A stretch of DNA of 63,904 bases, the filler included, from Acetivibrio sp. (GTDB taxonomy: Bacteria; Bacillota; Clostridia; Acetivibrionales; Acetivibrionaceae): assembly GCF_035371925.1 (NCBI RefSeq). It is 8 parts of 8 records of this genome, joined end to end, with 100 filler letters (N's around TTAATTAATTAA, not from the genome) between each part and the next. Parts side by side here need not be neighbours in the genome. Positions count along the whole stretch, not along the records: positions 18,470 to 27,316 come from NZ_DAORXT010000109.1; positions 27,417 to 36,033 come from NZ_DAORXT010000110.1; 6 more parts are not named here. One strand, given 5' to 3'. Within the stretch, counting starts at the first letter, position 1. The number at the start of each line of letters is the position of its first letter. The notes beneath the pieces are model-generated. The model was not told the DNA's origin. It ran no database searches and saw only the letters and a list, made by a program, of their open reading frames with translations. A program made the translations under genes and the position numbers. This document shows positions 19,112-29,004 of the stretch, in pieces.

Positions 19112-20833
19112 TTAATATCCTTTATATAGGATAACATCAAACTTTATTCGTTTTCCATCTTCAGTCCTAAACTCCTTTGGCATAAAAGGTTTCGTAGCAA
19201 ATAAATATTTTATTGAAACTGAAGACTCAATACGCATATATGTACTGCATTCTGATATTTTAAAAGATTTATTTCCAGAAGCATTCCTCATATTTACCTG
19301 TATCAAATCAGCTATTCTTTTCATTTTCACATCCTTGTTTGTGAAGAGTAAAAATAACCTAAGGTAATCAACATATTTCATGGAGAGAAAAGACCCCTTA
19401 AGGTTTGTTTTCATTACCTCGGAATCATTTGTATTGCCGATAGAATCAATAAATTTATTTACTTCCTCTTTTCCTTTGTCAGCAGCTTTTTTAAATGTTT
19501 CCTTGAACTTATTAATTAAATTCTCTTTGTAGCCTTCAATTCCACTTTTTATATTATTTTTTACTTTCTTTTTTGCTTCCTGAATAGTATTAAAAATTAA
19601 ACTATTAACTTTTTTACTAGTCTCATCCATATTATAACCGAGTAATTCCTTACCATCTGCAAGCTCTGTAGTGAGTTCCGCTATAGCTTCTTTAAGATTT
19701 CTATCTTTGTATACTTCAAGAAAATCCGTATAATCTACTCCCCGAATAATATCCGGCACATAACTACCTACAGTACTTTTTTCAACAGTCTCCATTTGGG
19801 CAAGAAGCAAAGTCTTAATTTGACTACTAATCTGATTCATTATCTCTCCTACTTCTCCTTCAACTTTAATATTCAAACTTGACTCTAAATCATCAAAAAT
19901 ATCCTCTGCAGAATATGTTTTTTCTCTAAAAGGATTTTCAATACTAGTAAATGCCTTATCTACCAGCAAATCCACTTTTGAATCAATGTAATCTGCTATA
20001 GTTGTAGTCGCTTTCCCTAGAAAATCCCCAGCTTTGTTCTCCACATAGTCAATCACTTTCTCAGAAGCGAATTTAGCATTCTCTTTTGCCTCATCGATAA
20101 TTTCATTTGTAATTGTTTTAGAAAGCCCATCAATATCCGTTATCCAAGTATTTCTCGTCTTAAATATCGGTACACTATCACCTTTCAACAGCAAATACAC
20201 ATCAAATAAAGACTCCGCCATTGCCCAAGCCATCATGATTAGCGCATGTATAATGGGAATACCTACACCGCCGGTCCATCCAGCTACAACAGTAGCAACT
20301 TCTAACGCAGTATTAAACTTCGTAGGATCAGTATATATGGCAATAACATTCAACGCAAATCTCAAAAGAGTAATCTGGCCCTTTACCGCGTTTATGTTTT
20401 CCTTTTCCTCATCAAATCCCCATAAAATATACTCTACATCTGCATGGTTTGCATCGAAGAAAACCGGCCTTTCCTTCATTAAATTTCCTCTTAAATCCAA
20501 ATCTTTCTCCATATCCGTAGTGTAATTTGCGAAGCTTCCCATTATGTACTCATTTATATATATTTCATCTCTTAAGTTATAGACACCATCTGCAAATATT
20601 TCTGATATTTGTGAAAGAAAATTCAAGCCATTCTTTGAAAAATCAGTATTATCCTTTGAAAACGATGCCTTCCCCAAATCCACTGCTTCAAGTTCTTTTC
20701 CTGCTAAAGTCCCTTCAGCCTTTCCTCCCGAAGCTATAATTCCAAGAATATTTTTTACATGCTCCATATCATTTTTTATTTCTTCCAATTCCGTCGGCTT
20801 ATACCCCTTGTTTGACGGAACATCTTCAGGCAT
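19112..20833 (-). CDS. C-terminal part of a Tad-associated DUF5702-like protein
   Basis: ADVEYILWG, AWAMAES, YVDYLRLFL motifs; probably frameshifted from the upstream ORF. Confidence 0.65.
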   Translation of the reverse strand: MPEDVPSNKGYKPTELEEIKNDMEHVKNILGIIASGGKAEGTLAGKELEAVDLGKASFSKDNTDFSKNGLNFLSQISEIFADGVYNLRDEIYINEYIMGSFANYTTDMEKDLDLRGNLMKERPVFFDANHADVEYILWGFDEEKENINAVKGQITLLRFALNVIAIYTDPTKFNTALEVATVVAGWTGGVGIPIIHALIMMAWAMAESLFDVYLLLKGDSVPIFKTRNTWITDIDGLSKTITNEIIDEAKENAKFASEKVIDYVENKAGDFLGKATTTIADYIDSKVDLLVDKAFTSIENPFREKTYSAEDIFDDLESSLNIKVEGEVGEIMNQISSQIKTLLLAQMETVEKSTVGSYVPDIIRGVDYTDFLEVYKDRNLKEAIAELTTELADGKELLGYNMDETSKKVNSLIFNTIQEAKKKVKNNIKSGIEGYKENLINKFKETFKKAADKGKEEVNKFIDSIGNTNDSEVMKTNLKGSFLSMKYVDYLRLFLLFTNKDVKMKRIADLIQVNMRNASGNKSFKISECSTYMRIESSVSIKYLFATKPFMPKEFRTEDGKRIKFDVILYKGY

Positions 20834-20850
20834 CTTTTTCTTGCTTTCCT

Positions 20851-22446
20851 TTACGGGCTTCTCATCCCCAGGACCGCCCTTTTCGTAAATTCTCCTATAG
20901 CGTCCCTCGGATCCTTTTCACCCTCCTTGGGCTTATCTGATATTATCCCTTTGTCTGCATAATAGTCAATAGGGTTGTCGTTGATTTTTCCTTTATACTC
21001 CGCTATTTTTGCCTTTACCTTATCACTATTAAGCCTTGCACGTACTACATCAATATCCGGAACTATATCCCCAAAATCACCCAAACCAAGCTCATCTATT
21101 TTCGCATCCATAATAAAACTCTTTATTTCGCTTAATACTGCAAGGTTATGCTCAAGTTCGGCAATTTTAGGCGTCAAATCCTCCGTTGATATCTTTTCCT
21201 TTTTGCTGCCGAGGTCAAGCCTTGTGGAGTTTGAAAATTCATTCGTTTCCCCTTCAAGCTTCTTATTTATTTCATCAATTTTAGTTACTGTATCTTTAGA
21301 CTTTTTCATCACAGTCTCAAGTGCGCTCTTGGCATCTTTTACAGCAGCTACTGGCTTGTCTATATACTCCGTCAACACCTTATTAATTTGCTGTATTTGT
21401 GACTTTTTCGTATCCAGCTCCTTTTTCTTTGTCTTTATTTTATCTTTAAGCTCATCTATAGACTTTTTTAAATCACCTGTCGAATCCTCAAGCTCTTTAA
21501 TTAAACCCTCAAGCTCCGTTATTTCGGCTTCCTCCGCTGATACATCCACGTCAGCAGAACCATCCTTTTTCGCTTCTTTCTTCTTATCCTCTATCTTTTT
21601 CTTAAGCTTTTTGATTTCATCCTTATATTCATCTATTTTATCTTCAATCTCTTCCAACTCGTCCTTGATCTTTTCTATCTCATCCTCCATGTCTTTTATC
21701 GCCTTTTCAATCTTAACTCTTTCCAATACATATCCTGCAGCTATTTCCAGCTGATTGGGTATATTAATATCCGTACCAAATTTATTGACCGTTACAACAT
21801 TATTTGATGCTTTAACCTCATTTTCCTTAATCTCTGTCAAGTTTTTGTCCACATCAAGCTTTTCCTTTAAAATATCCGCCTGCTTTTTAAAATCCTTTAA
21901 GGCAAGAAATTTATCCATAAGTCCCTCGGACAATTCCTTGGGCCCTCTGTACTTCATGTATTCCAGTATCTGAGCCCTTAAAACCTCAGTCTCCGACAGA
22001 TTATATATGGGCTGAACCTTTACATTCTCAATTTTATAATCATACAAATCCAAAGGTTTCTCCGCTTTCTTGTCCACTCCCAAAAACTTCTTTATGCTTC
22101 CGACGGTTTCCGATTTGTTTATTTCGTCAAGAGTTGACTCAGCTTTTGTCTTATACTCTTCAATACCATCAACCATCAGATTTCTCTCAAGGTAATATAC
22201 TATCTCTTCCATCAGAATGTCAGGATCATCACTGGATAGAGCCATAAGTCCATATAGCTCCTTCAATAAATAATTATAGTTGGCAAGAGCGGATTTGGCC
22301 GATATATCCAACGCACTTTCAATTTGCGTTTGTGCCGACTTCATTCGTGTTCCTTCAACTAATATAGCGGGAATGGCAATCATTATTAATAAAACAATAC
22401 ACAAAAAAATTGATATTGCGCCCTCTGTTTTTTTGAAGAACCTCAC
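20851..22446 (-). CDS. N-terminal part of a TadE/pseudopilin-like protein with long coiled coil
   Basis: KTEG|AISIFL prepilin-like N-terminus, LKELYGLMAL, ILEYMKYRGP, K/E-rich coiled coil; GTG start 22446. Confidence 0.65.
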   Translation of the reverse strand: MRFFKKTEGAISIFLCIVLLIMIAIPAILVEGTRMKSAQTQIESALDISAKSALANYNYLLKELYGLMALSSDDPDILMEEIVYYLERNLMVDGIEEYKTKAESTLDEINKSETVGSIKKFLGVDKKAEKPLDLYDYKIENVKVQPIYNLSETEVLRAQILEYMKYRGPKELSEGLMDKFLALKDFKKQADILKEKLDVDKNLTEIKENEVKASNNVVTVNKFGTDINIPNQLEIAAGYVLERVKIEKAIKDMEDEIEKIKDELEEIEDKIDEYKDEIKKLKKKIEDKKKEAKKDGSADVDVSAEEAEITELEGLIKELEDSTGDLKKSIDELKDKIKTKKKELDTKKSQIQQINKVLTEYIDKPVAAVKDAKSALETVMKKSKDTVTKIDEINKKLEGETNEFSNSTRLDLGSKKEKISTEDLTPKIAELEHNLAVLSEIKSFIMDAKIDELGLGDFGDIVPDIDVVRARLNSDKVKAKIAEYKGKINDNPIDYYADKGIISDKPKEGEKDPRDAIGEFTKRAVLGMRSP

Positions 22447-22825
22447 AGCGATCCCCCCTGTCATCTACAAGCTTTGCAAATTCACCATTTTTATGCATAT
22501 AATAACATTTTTCGCATACATGCATAACTAGCAATAAACATTATAGTATAAAATAGAAAATATGCCAATATGGTTTTTATAAAAATACCAAAAGTTCTTA
22601 TGCCAACTCCTTACAGAATTACAACTTCACTTTCGCTTGCAAGGGTTTCTCAGGTATTACTCAATAGCTGTTTTTCAGTAACCTCACAAATTATTTATCA
22701 TTCTAGACTGTGGAATTTCAACTAAGAATCCGATAAAGCTATATAAGGAAAGATTATCATCTTATATGAAAGGAGTATGAAAACAAAAGAAAATTTACGA
22801 CACACAATTCAATATCTGAGAACAA

Positions 22826-22905
22826 CACATTAAAGGCAAACCCATCAAAAGATGGCGACGCAAAGCTAAAGGGGCTAAAGCATTATGCCATGCCAGCCAG
22901 TTGCA
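22826..22905 (+). ncRNA. c-di-GMP-I (GEMM) riboswitch aptamer
   Basis: GGCAAACC-CATC/GATGG-CGACGCAAAGC...GCTAAAG...CAGCCAGTTGC consensus architecture. Confidence 0.85.
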
Positions 22906-22912
22906 ATACAAT

Positions 22913-22955
22913 AATACTCACCCTTTTAGTCTAAAGAAAGGTGAGTATTTTATTT
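22913..22955 (+). terminator. riboswitch expression-platform terminator
   Basis: AATACTCACC...GGTGAGTATT followed by T tract, between aptamer and gene. Confidence 0.75.
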
Positions 22956-23017
22956 TGCACTAATTTGCAGCTGCATTGAAGTAAAAGTTTTTATTAATCT
23001 ACGAAGGAAGTGTAAAA

Positions 23018-24676
23018 ATGAAAAAGCAATTATTAAGTACTCTATTAGTGTTTGTATTGGTGCTGTCACTAAACAGTATTACGATGCTTGCAGCTGAGCC
23101 TAAAATCGAAAATCTCACCTACTATGACAAGGTATATGCCTTTTCTGAAGGAATGTCCAAAGTAGTTAAAAATGACAAATATGGATTTATGGATCAAACC
23201 GGTAAGGTTGTTATTGACTTTACATACGATTATGCAGAAGATTTTTGTGAGGGTTTTGCGGCCGTTTCAACAGATGGTTTCTGGAACCCCGACGGAGGCT
23301 ATGTTGAAGGAAAATGGGGATTTATTGACAAAACCGGTAAGGTCATTGTTCCAATTATTTATGACAAAGTATGTAATTTCAGCGAAGGTCTTGCTGCCGT
23401 TATAAAAGACGGAAAACTGGGTTTTGTTGATACGGCAGGCGAAGCTGTCATCCCTCCGGCATTCGGCGGTGGAATGTACGAAGAATTTTATTTTAGTAGC
23501 GGCCTTGCAGTAGTAACAACCGGTGACTTCGGAACTCCCGATTTTCTGGTTATTGATAAAACCGGCAATTTAGCATTTGACTTTAAATATGACTATGCAA
23601 GATTATCCAGCTATTCTGAAGGATTGCTTGCTGTCGGTGTCGGCGGAGATTGGGGTATTGGCGGTCCGTATTATTGGGCTCGCTCCTACAGCGGGGGTAA
23701 ATATGGTTTTATAGATACAAACGGCAAAGAAGTTGTCTCGCCTATTTATGATTATGTGGATGATTTTAATGAAGGCATTGCAGTTGTCTGCAAAGACGAT
23801 AAATGGGGCGCCATCGATAAAGACGGTAATGTCGTTGTTCCGATAATTTATCCCGATATCAGTCGTTCAAGTGAAGGATTTATCTGCATACGTAACGATG
23901 AGGGAAAATGGGGATATGTTGACTACACCGGAAATGTGGTTATTGATTTCAAGTTCGATTTATGCAATACATTCCGCGAAGGATTTGTTACCAATTCCAT
24001 CAATGGAGAATGGGGCACATTAGATGCTACAGGAAAAACTGTAATTCCATTTAAATATAATAATTTGTGGAATTTCAGTGAAGGTCTTGTCAGGGTCAGA
24101 ACAGTTGAAGGCGGTAAATGGGGTTACATGGATAATCGCGGAAACATTGTTATTGAGCCTGTTTATCAAGCAGCCACCGACTTTTCTGATGGAGTTGCTA
24201 TTGTCAAAAAAGACGATAAATTTGGAGTCATTTTTAAAACCTCCATCCCATTCACAGCAACACCTACATCTTCAACCGTTCTTGTTAACGGCTCTCCCGT
24301 AGCTTTTGACGCTTATTCCATTAATGGCAACAACTACTTCAAGCTTCGTGATTTGGCTTACGTATTAAACGGCACCGGCAAACAGTTTGAAGTAACGTGG
24401 GACAGTGTTAACAAAGCAATAAATCTAATACCGGATAAATCCTACACAGTATCTGGCGGCGAAATGGCAACCGGTAGCAAAAACAACGCCACTGCATACC
24501 CTTCATCTGCAACCGTTTATATTAATGGCAAAGCGGTTGAATTGACAGCCTATACAATTAACGGATATAACTACTTCAAGCTCCGTGATATTGGTAAGGC
24601 ATTCGACTTTGGTGTGATCTGGGACGGTACTGCCAACACAATTCGCATAGACACATCCGGCAGTTATACCGAATAA
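23018..24676 (+). CDS. secreted WG-repeat protein with two C-terminal stalk/copper-amine-oxidase-N-like repeats
   Basis: signal peptide; repeated FSEG.A.V...GKWGFID..G; duplicated NGxNYFKLRD. Confidence 0.85.
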   Translation: MKKQLLSTLLVFVLVLSLNSITMLAAEPKIENLTYYDKVYAFSEGMSKVVKNDKYGFMDQTGKVVIDFTYDYAEDFCEGFAAVSTDGFWNPDGGYVEGKWGFIDKTGKVIVPIIYDKVCNFSEGLAAVIKDGKLGFVDTAGEAVIPPAFGGGMYEEFYFSSGLAVVTTGDFGTPDFLVIDKTGNLAFDFKYDYARLSSYSEGLLAVGVGGDWGIGGPYYWARSYSGGKYGFIDTNGKEVVSPIYDYVDDFNEGIAVVCKDDKWGAIDKDGNVVVPIIYPDISRSSEGFICIRNDEGKWGYVDYTGNVVIDFKFDLCNTFREGFVTNSINGEWGTLDATGKTVIPFKYNNLWNFSEGLVRVRTVEGGKWGYMDNRGNIVIEPVYQAATDFSDGVAIVKKDDKFGVIFKTSIPFTATPTSSTVLVNGSPVAFDAYSINGNNYFKLRDLAYVLNGTGKQFEVTWDSVNKAINLIPDKSYTVSGGEMATGSKNNATAYPSSATVYINGKAVELTAYTINGYNYFKLRDIGKAFDFGVIWDGTANTIRIDTSGSYTE

Positions 24677-24694
24677 TACGCACATTCCATAATT

Positions 24695-24735
24695 AAACTG
24701 GCCCCCAAAAGTTAATCCGTTGGGGGTCAGTTTTT
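24695..24735 (+). terminator. intrinsic terminator
   Basis: AAACTGGCCCCCAA...TTGGGGGTCAGTTTTT. Confidence 0.8.
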
Positions 24736-24862
24736 ATGGCAAAATGTCGTCAATCGAAATCAAAAATGTGCAAATGCTTATACTGGTTTATTGAGCACCC
24801 ACTCTTTGATAAACCATTTATATTTTTATTTAAAGTTTTTAAGTGGTTTCGAACCGTCCCCA

Positions 24863-25648
24863 TTATAAGTTCTTGTATCTTGCTAAAAACTGCTTAGTCC
24901 TATCTTCCTTAGGATTTCCAAATACTTCCTGAGGAGAGCCCTGTTCAACAATCACGCCGCCATCCATAAAGATAACACGGTCTGCAACATCCCGGGCAAA
25001 ATCCATCTCATGAGTTACAATAATCATCGTCGTATTACGATCCGCCAAATTCCTAATAACCTTCAAAACTTCCCCGGTAAGCTCAGGGTCTAAGGCAGAG
25101 GTAGGCTCATCAAAACACAAAATGTCCGGCTCTAGTGCTAAAGCCCTGGCAATAGCTACACGCTGCTGCTGTCCGCCGGATATCATATGGGGATAGCAGT
25201 CCAGCTTATCCGATAGACCGACCTGGGAAAGAAGGATTTTTCCTCGGTCCTGAATCTCCTTCAAAATAGCTTTTTTATTCTGTTTGAAGTCAGGGCGTTC
25301 TTTGGCTAAAAGTTCTGCCGCCAATGTAACATTTTTTAAAACTGTATATTGAGGAAACAGGTTAAAATTTTGAAAAACCAGTCCAAAATGAAGACGTTTT
25401 TTTCTTACTTCACTTTCCCGTTGAGTAGCAGGGTCCATTGCGTCAAAAATTACCTCATTATTTACAATGATGCTTCCTTTATCAGGCCGCTCCAGGAAAT
25501 TAAGGCACCTGAGCAATGTGGTCTTTCCGCTGCCGGATGAACCTATAATGGAGATTACCTCTCCTTTTTCCAATGAAAAATCAATCTTTCTCAGAACCTG
25601 AACGGTTCCGAAACTTTTCTCAATACCTTTTACTTCTAAAAAAGCCAA
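24863..25648 (-). CDS. polar amino-acid ABC transporter ATP-binding protein (GlnQ-like)
   Basis: GSSGSGKTT, ISGGQQQR, LCFDEPT. Confidence 0.93.
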   Translation of the reverse strand: MAFLEVKGIEKSFGTVQVLRKIDFSLEKGEVISIIGSSGSGKTTLLRCLNFLERPDKGSIIVNNEVIFDAMDPATQRESEVRKKRLHFGLVFQNFNLFPQYTVLKNVTLAAELLAKERPDFKQNKKAILKEIQDRGKILLSQVGLSDKLDCYPHMISGGQQQRVAIARALALEPDILCFDEPTSALDPELTGEVLKVIRNLADRNTTMIIVTHEMDFARDVADRVIFMDGGVIVEQGSPQEVFGNPKEDRTKQFLARYKNL

Positions 25649-25662
25649 CAAAACCCCTTCTT

Positions 25663-26325
25663 TCAAACACGGAAATAACTAAGTTTCTTCTCTACCCAAT
25701 CAAGGAGTACGGTTAACACTCCGCCAAAAACAAGGAAATATATACCTGTAGCAAAGAGAGGCCAGATAAGTCCTTTATTGGTGTATTCACCAGCCATCAT
25801 AATAATTTCTTTATTTGCAATAATACGGGCAAGAGACGTATCCTTTACTAAGGTAATCACCTCATTACCAATCGGAGGAACAATACGCTTTATTACTTGC
25901 AGCAGTGTTACATGAAAGAAAATCTGTCCTTTTTTCATGCCCAAAACCTGGCCCGCTTCATATTGTCCCACCGGTATACTCTCAATACCGCCTCGATAAA
26001 TCTCAGAAAAATAACAAGCATAGTTGATAATAAAAGCAACGGTTGCAGCAACAAAACGTCCCGATTCACCGCTTGGCCAGGAAAAAGGCATATTCAAAAG
26101 GCCCGGCCCAAAGAAAATAATTATAAGCTGCAGCATCAGCGGCGTTCCACGGATTATCCAGACAAAAGTCCGCACCACCCAGCGAAGAGGACGAAAACGG
26201 CTCATTGAACCAAAAGCAATCACCATCCCTAAAGGCAGTGCAAACAAAAGTGTTAATATAAAAAGCTTACAATTGAGCAAAAAGCTCTCAGATTAACGAC
26301 CAAAAATTACCAAAATCTCATTCAT
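25663..26325 (-). pseudogene. polar amino-acid ABC permease with in-frame TAA at codon 11
   Basis: IRGTPLMLQL, FSEIYRGGI, LVKDTSL; ATG 26325 in frame, TAA at 26293-26295. Confidence 0.7.
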
Positions 26326-26404
26326 ACTTTTTACCCCAATATACAAACGCTAGGACAGAGGATTATCCCTCTGCCCTTAGCTCAATTTGTTATGTATCAA
26401 AAAC

Positions 26405-27214
26405 TTATTTTGCAAGTTCCAATCCATACTTTTCAGCCAATGCTGCCATTGTACCGTCTTCAAGAAATTCATCGAAAATCTTATTCACTTCTGCGCAAAT
26501 ATCGGAACCTTTACGGAAGGCCACTCCATAATCCTCTTCAGCCAAGTAATCAACAATAACAATATCATTATAGCTAGTACCTTCACCGGTCATTGTTTTT
26601 GCCAAAGTTAAGTCCAACACAGCTGCATCAGCAGTACCGGATTTCAATTCCATCAGGCAATCTGTCTGCAATGTCTTAGGAACAAAGTTTGCCTGCTTCA
26701 AATTATCATCAGCCTTGATGGTTTTTTCACCGGCCGAACCCTGCTCAGCCACAACGGTCTTTCCTATTAAGGATTCCGTTCCGAGATACTCAGTGCCTTC
26801 CTTCACCAAAACCACCTGAGCATTCTTAACATAAGGCTTGGTAATCTCCATTTTGGCCTTACGTTCGTCATCAATTGTCAATCCATTCCAAATACAGTCG
26901 ATAGACTTTGCATTCAGTTCCACTTCTTTAGTATCCCAGTTGATTTCAACAAATTCAGGTTCAAGCCCCAGCTTCTCACACGTCAACATTGCCAGCTCTG
27001 TGTCAAAACCGGTAAAAACGCCATTTTCATCTGTATAATTCATAGGCTCATAATTGGTGTAGCCAATGATCAGCTTGCCTTTACCTTTAACGTAATTCAA
27101 ATCACTTTCGTCCTGAGTTTTATTAGTTTCCCTACTGCCGCAAGCTGCCAACGCAAAAACCATGGTTAGCGCTAAAAGCAGCGACATTAGTTTCTTCATT
27201 TTTAATTTTCTCAT
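26405..27214 (-). CDS. amino-acid ABC substrate-binding lipoprotein (SBP family 3)
   Basis: LAAC lipobox, GFDTELA, IDCIWNG, YGVAFRKG. Confidence 0.92.
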   Translation of the reverse strand: MRKLKMKKLMSLLLALTMVFALAACGSRETNKTQDESDLNYVKGKGKLIIGYTNYEPMNYTDENGVFTGFDTELAMLTCEKLGLEPEFVEINWDTKEVELNAKSIDCIWNGLTIDDERKAKMEITKPYVKNAQVVLVKEGTEYLGTESLIGKTVVAEQGSAGEKTIKADDNLKQANFVPKTLQTDCLMELKSGTADAAVLDLTLAKTMTGEGTSYNDIVIVDYLAEEDYGVAFRKGSDICAEVNKIFDEFLEDGTMAALAEKYGLELAK

Positions 27215-27316
27215 CTTTAATTCCCCCAATTTCAATCAAAAATACTTTTTCATTATATCCAGGAGTTTGACAGTTAGTTGCTAAAAATTAAAAAGTAAAA
27301 CGTCTGAAACCCATTG

Positions 27317-27416
27317 NNNNNNNNNNNNNNNNNNNNNNNNNNNNNNNNNNNNNNNNNNNNTTAATTAATTAANNNNNNNNNNNNNNNNNNNNNNNNNNNN
27401 NNNNNNNNNNNNNNNN
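27317..27416. other. artificial contig linker
   Basis: 44 N + TTAATTAATTAA + 44 N. Confidence 0.98.
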
Positions 27417-27423
27417 GAAAAAG

Positions 27424-27471
27424 TGGCGCGCCCGACAGGATTTGAACCTGCGACTTTTGGCTCCGGAGGCC
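27424..27471 (-). repeat. att site: duplicated 3' half of tRNA-Arg(CCG)
   Basis: minus strand GGCCTCCGGAGCC...GCAGGTTCAAATCCTGTCGGGCGCGCCA; no D-arm or 5' acceptor strand upstream; next to the integrase. Confidence 0.85.
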
Positions 27472-27620
27472 GAAAAATATCATTTACATTGTTTTATTTC
27501 ATTTTTCATATATTACTAAAATATATTAAATACAGTTATAAATACTTACTTGACATTACTATATTTTACATGTAATATCAAACTTAATGTTGGGAATACT
27601 GTTGGGAATGAAAATACATC

Positions 27621-28817
27621 TTGGAGAGTTATATGCCAACTAAGAAACGTAACAAAACAAAATACCCAGGTGTTGTATATATTGAAGGTCAAGGAGCTCG
27701 CGGTAGTGAACGTATCTACTATATTATTTATAGAAAAAAAGGTAAGCTAATAGAGGAAAAAGCTGGTAGACAATTCCAAGATGACATGACTCCTGCAAAA
27801 GCTGCTGTTATTAGAGCAAAAAGAATAGAAGGTGTGGAAGAAAGCAATGCTGAAAGACGCGAAGCAGAAAAGCTTGCTGCCGAAACAGCTCAAGGTAAAT
27901 GGACTATAGCACGTTTATGGGAATCTTATAAAGAGCACACCCATAATTCAAAATCCAGAGCATCCGATAATAGTAGATATGCGAAATACATTGAGCCATT
28001 CTTCGCTACAAAAGAACCGTCAGAAATTGTACCTCTTGATTTAGACCGTTTACGGCGTCGAAGCCTTGATCAAAAAGCGCCACAAACAACAAAACATGTA
28101 TTAGCCTTACTAAGGAGGATAATCAATTTTGGCGTGAGAAAGCAGCTTTGTAGTGGATTAAGTTTCCAATTGGAAATGCCAATAGTTGATAACATTGTTA
28201 CGGAGCAACTCAGTCCGGAGCAGCTAAAAAAATTGCTTAAAGTTATAACTGAAAGCACCGATATACAAGCATCCCACATTATGCTTTTGGCGCTTTACAC
28301 TGGTATGAGAAAAAGTGAAATCCTTCGACTTAAATGGAACGATATCGATTTTGAGCAAGGCTTCATTTATATTCGCAAACCTAAGGGAGGAAAAAGTCAG
28401 ATTGTGCCTCTCAATGCACCTGCAAGCGAACTGCTTAATAATCATCCAAAACTGTCAGATGAATACATTTTTGTTAATAACAAAGGAATGCCGTTTACCG
28501 AAATACGTAAAAGGATAAATAAAATTAGAGAACGTGCAGAATTGCCAGTAGGCTTTAGACCTCTCCACGGTCTCCGCCATGTTTACGCCAGCATGCTTGC
28601 CTCATCTGGGAAAGTCGATATGTACACTCTTCAGAAACTCTTAACACATAAGAGTCCAGTAATGACGCAGAGATATGCCCATTTAAGAGATGAAACTTTA
28701 CGACAAGCATCCAATCTTGCTGGTGATATTATAAACGAGATTGCTGCAGGACAAGAAGAAAAGTCGGAAACTGAAAAACTGAAAGTAAAAGATATTGGAA
28801 TGAGAATAATTGAATAG
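27621..28817 (+). CDS. int: tyrosine recombinase/integrase
   Basis: TGMRKSEI (R), HGLRH (HxxR), LLTH, QRYAH (Y); true start may be ATG 27633. Confidence 0.95.
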   Translation: MESYMPTKKRNKTKYPGVVYIEGQGARGSERIYYIIYRKKGKLIEEKAGRQFQDDMTPAKAAVIRAKRIEGVEESNAERREAEKLAAETAQGKWTIARLWESYKEHTHNSKSRASDNSRYAKYIEPFFATKEPSEIVPLDLDRLRRRSLDQKAPQTTKHVLALLRRIINFGVRKQLCSGLSFQLEMPIVDNIVTEQLSPEQLKKLLKVITESTDIQASHIMLLALYTGMRKSEILRLKWNDIDFEQGFIYIRKPKGGKSQIVPLNAPASELLNNHPKLSDEYIFVNNKGMPFTEIRKRINKIRERAELPVGFRPLHGLRHVYASMLASSGKVDMYTLQKLLTHKSPVMTQRYAHLRDETLRQASNLAGDIINEIAAGQEEKSETEKLKVKDIGMRIIE

Positions 28818-29004
28818 GCTTAAATTGAAAGCATTACACTGATGACGGATGTTAGAATTTTTATAAGCAAACGTTTTCAAAATAAAATATGATAAAATAT
28901 ATCAATACTTATAAATATTTAAAAATTTGGAATTGCGATAGAAATTCAAAATATTTTTTTATAACCCGTAAAATTTTTACTTTTGAAACTACATTGAGGC
29001 AAGC

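Noticed and set aside
27424..27471. Functional tRNA-Arg gene
   Set aside because: Only the anticodon arm to CCA is present; no D-arm or 5' acceptor strand.
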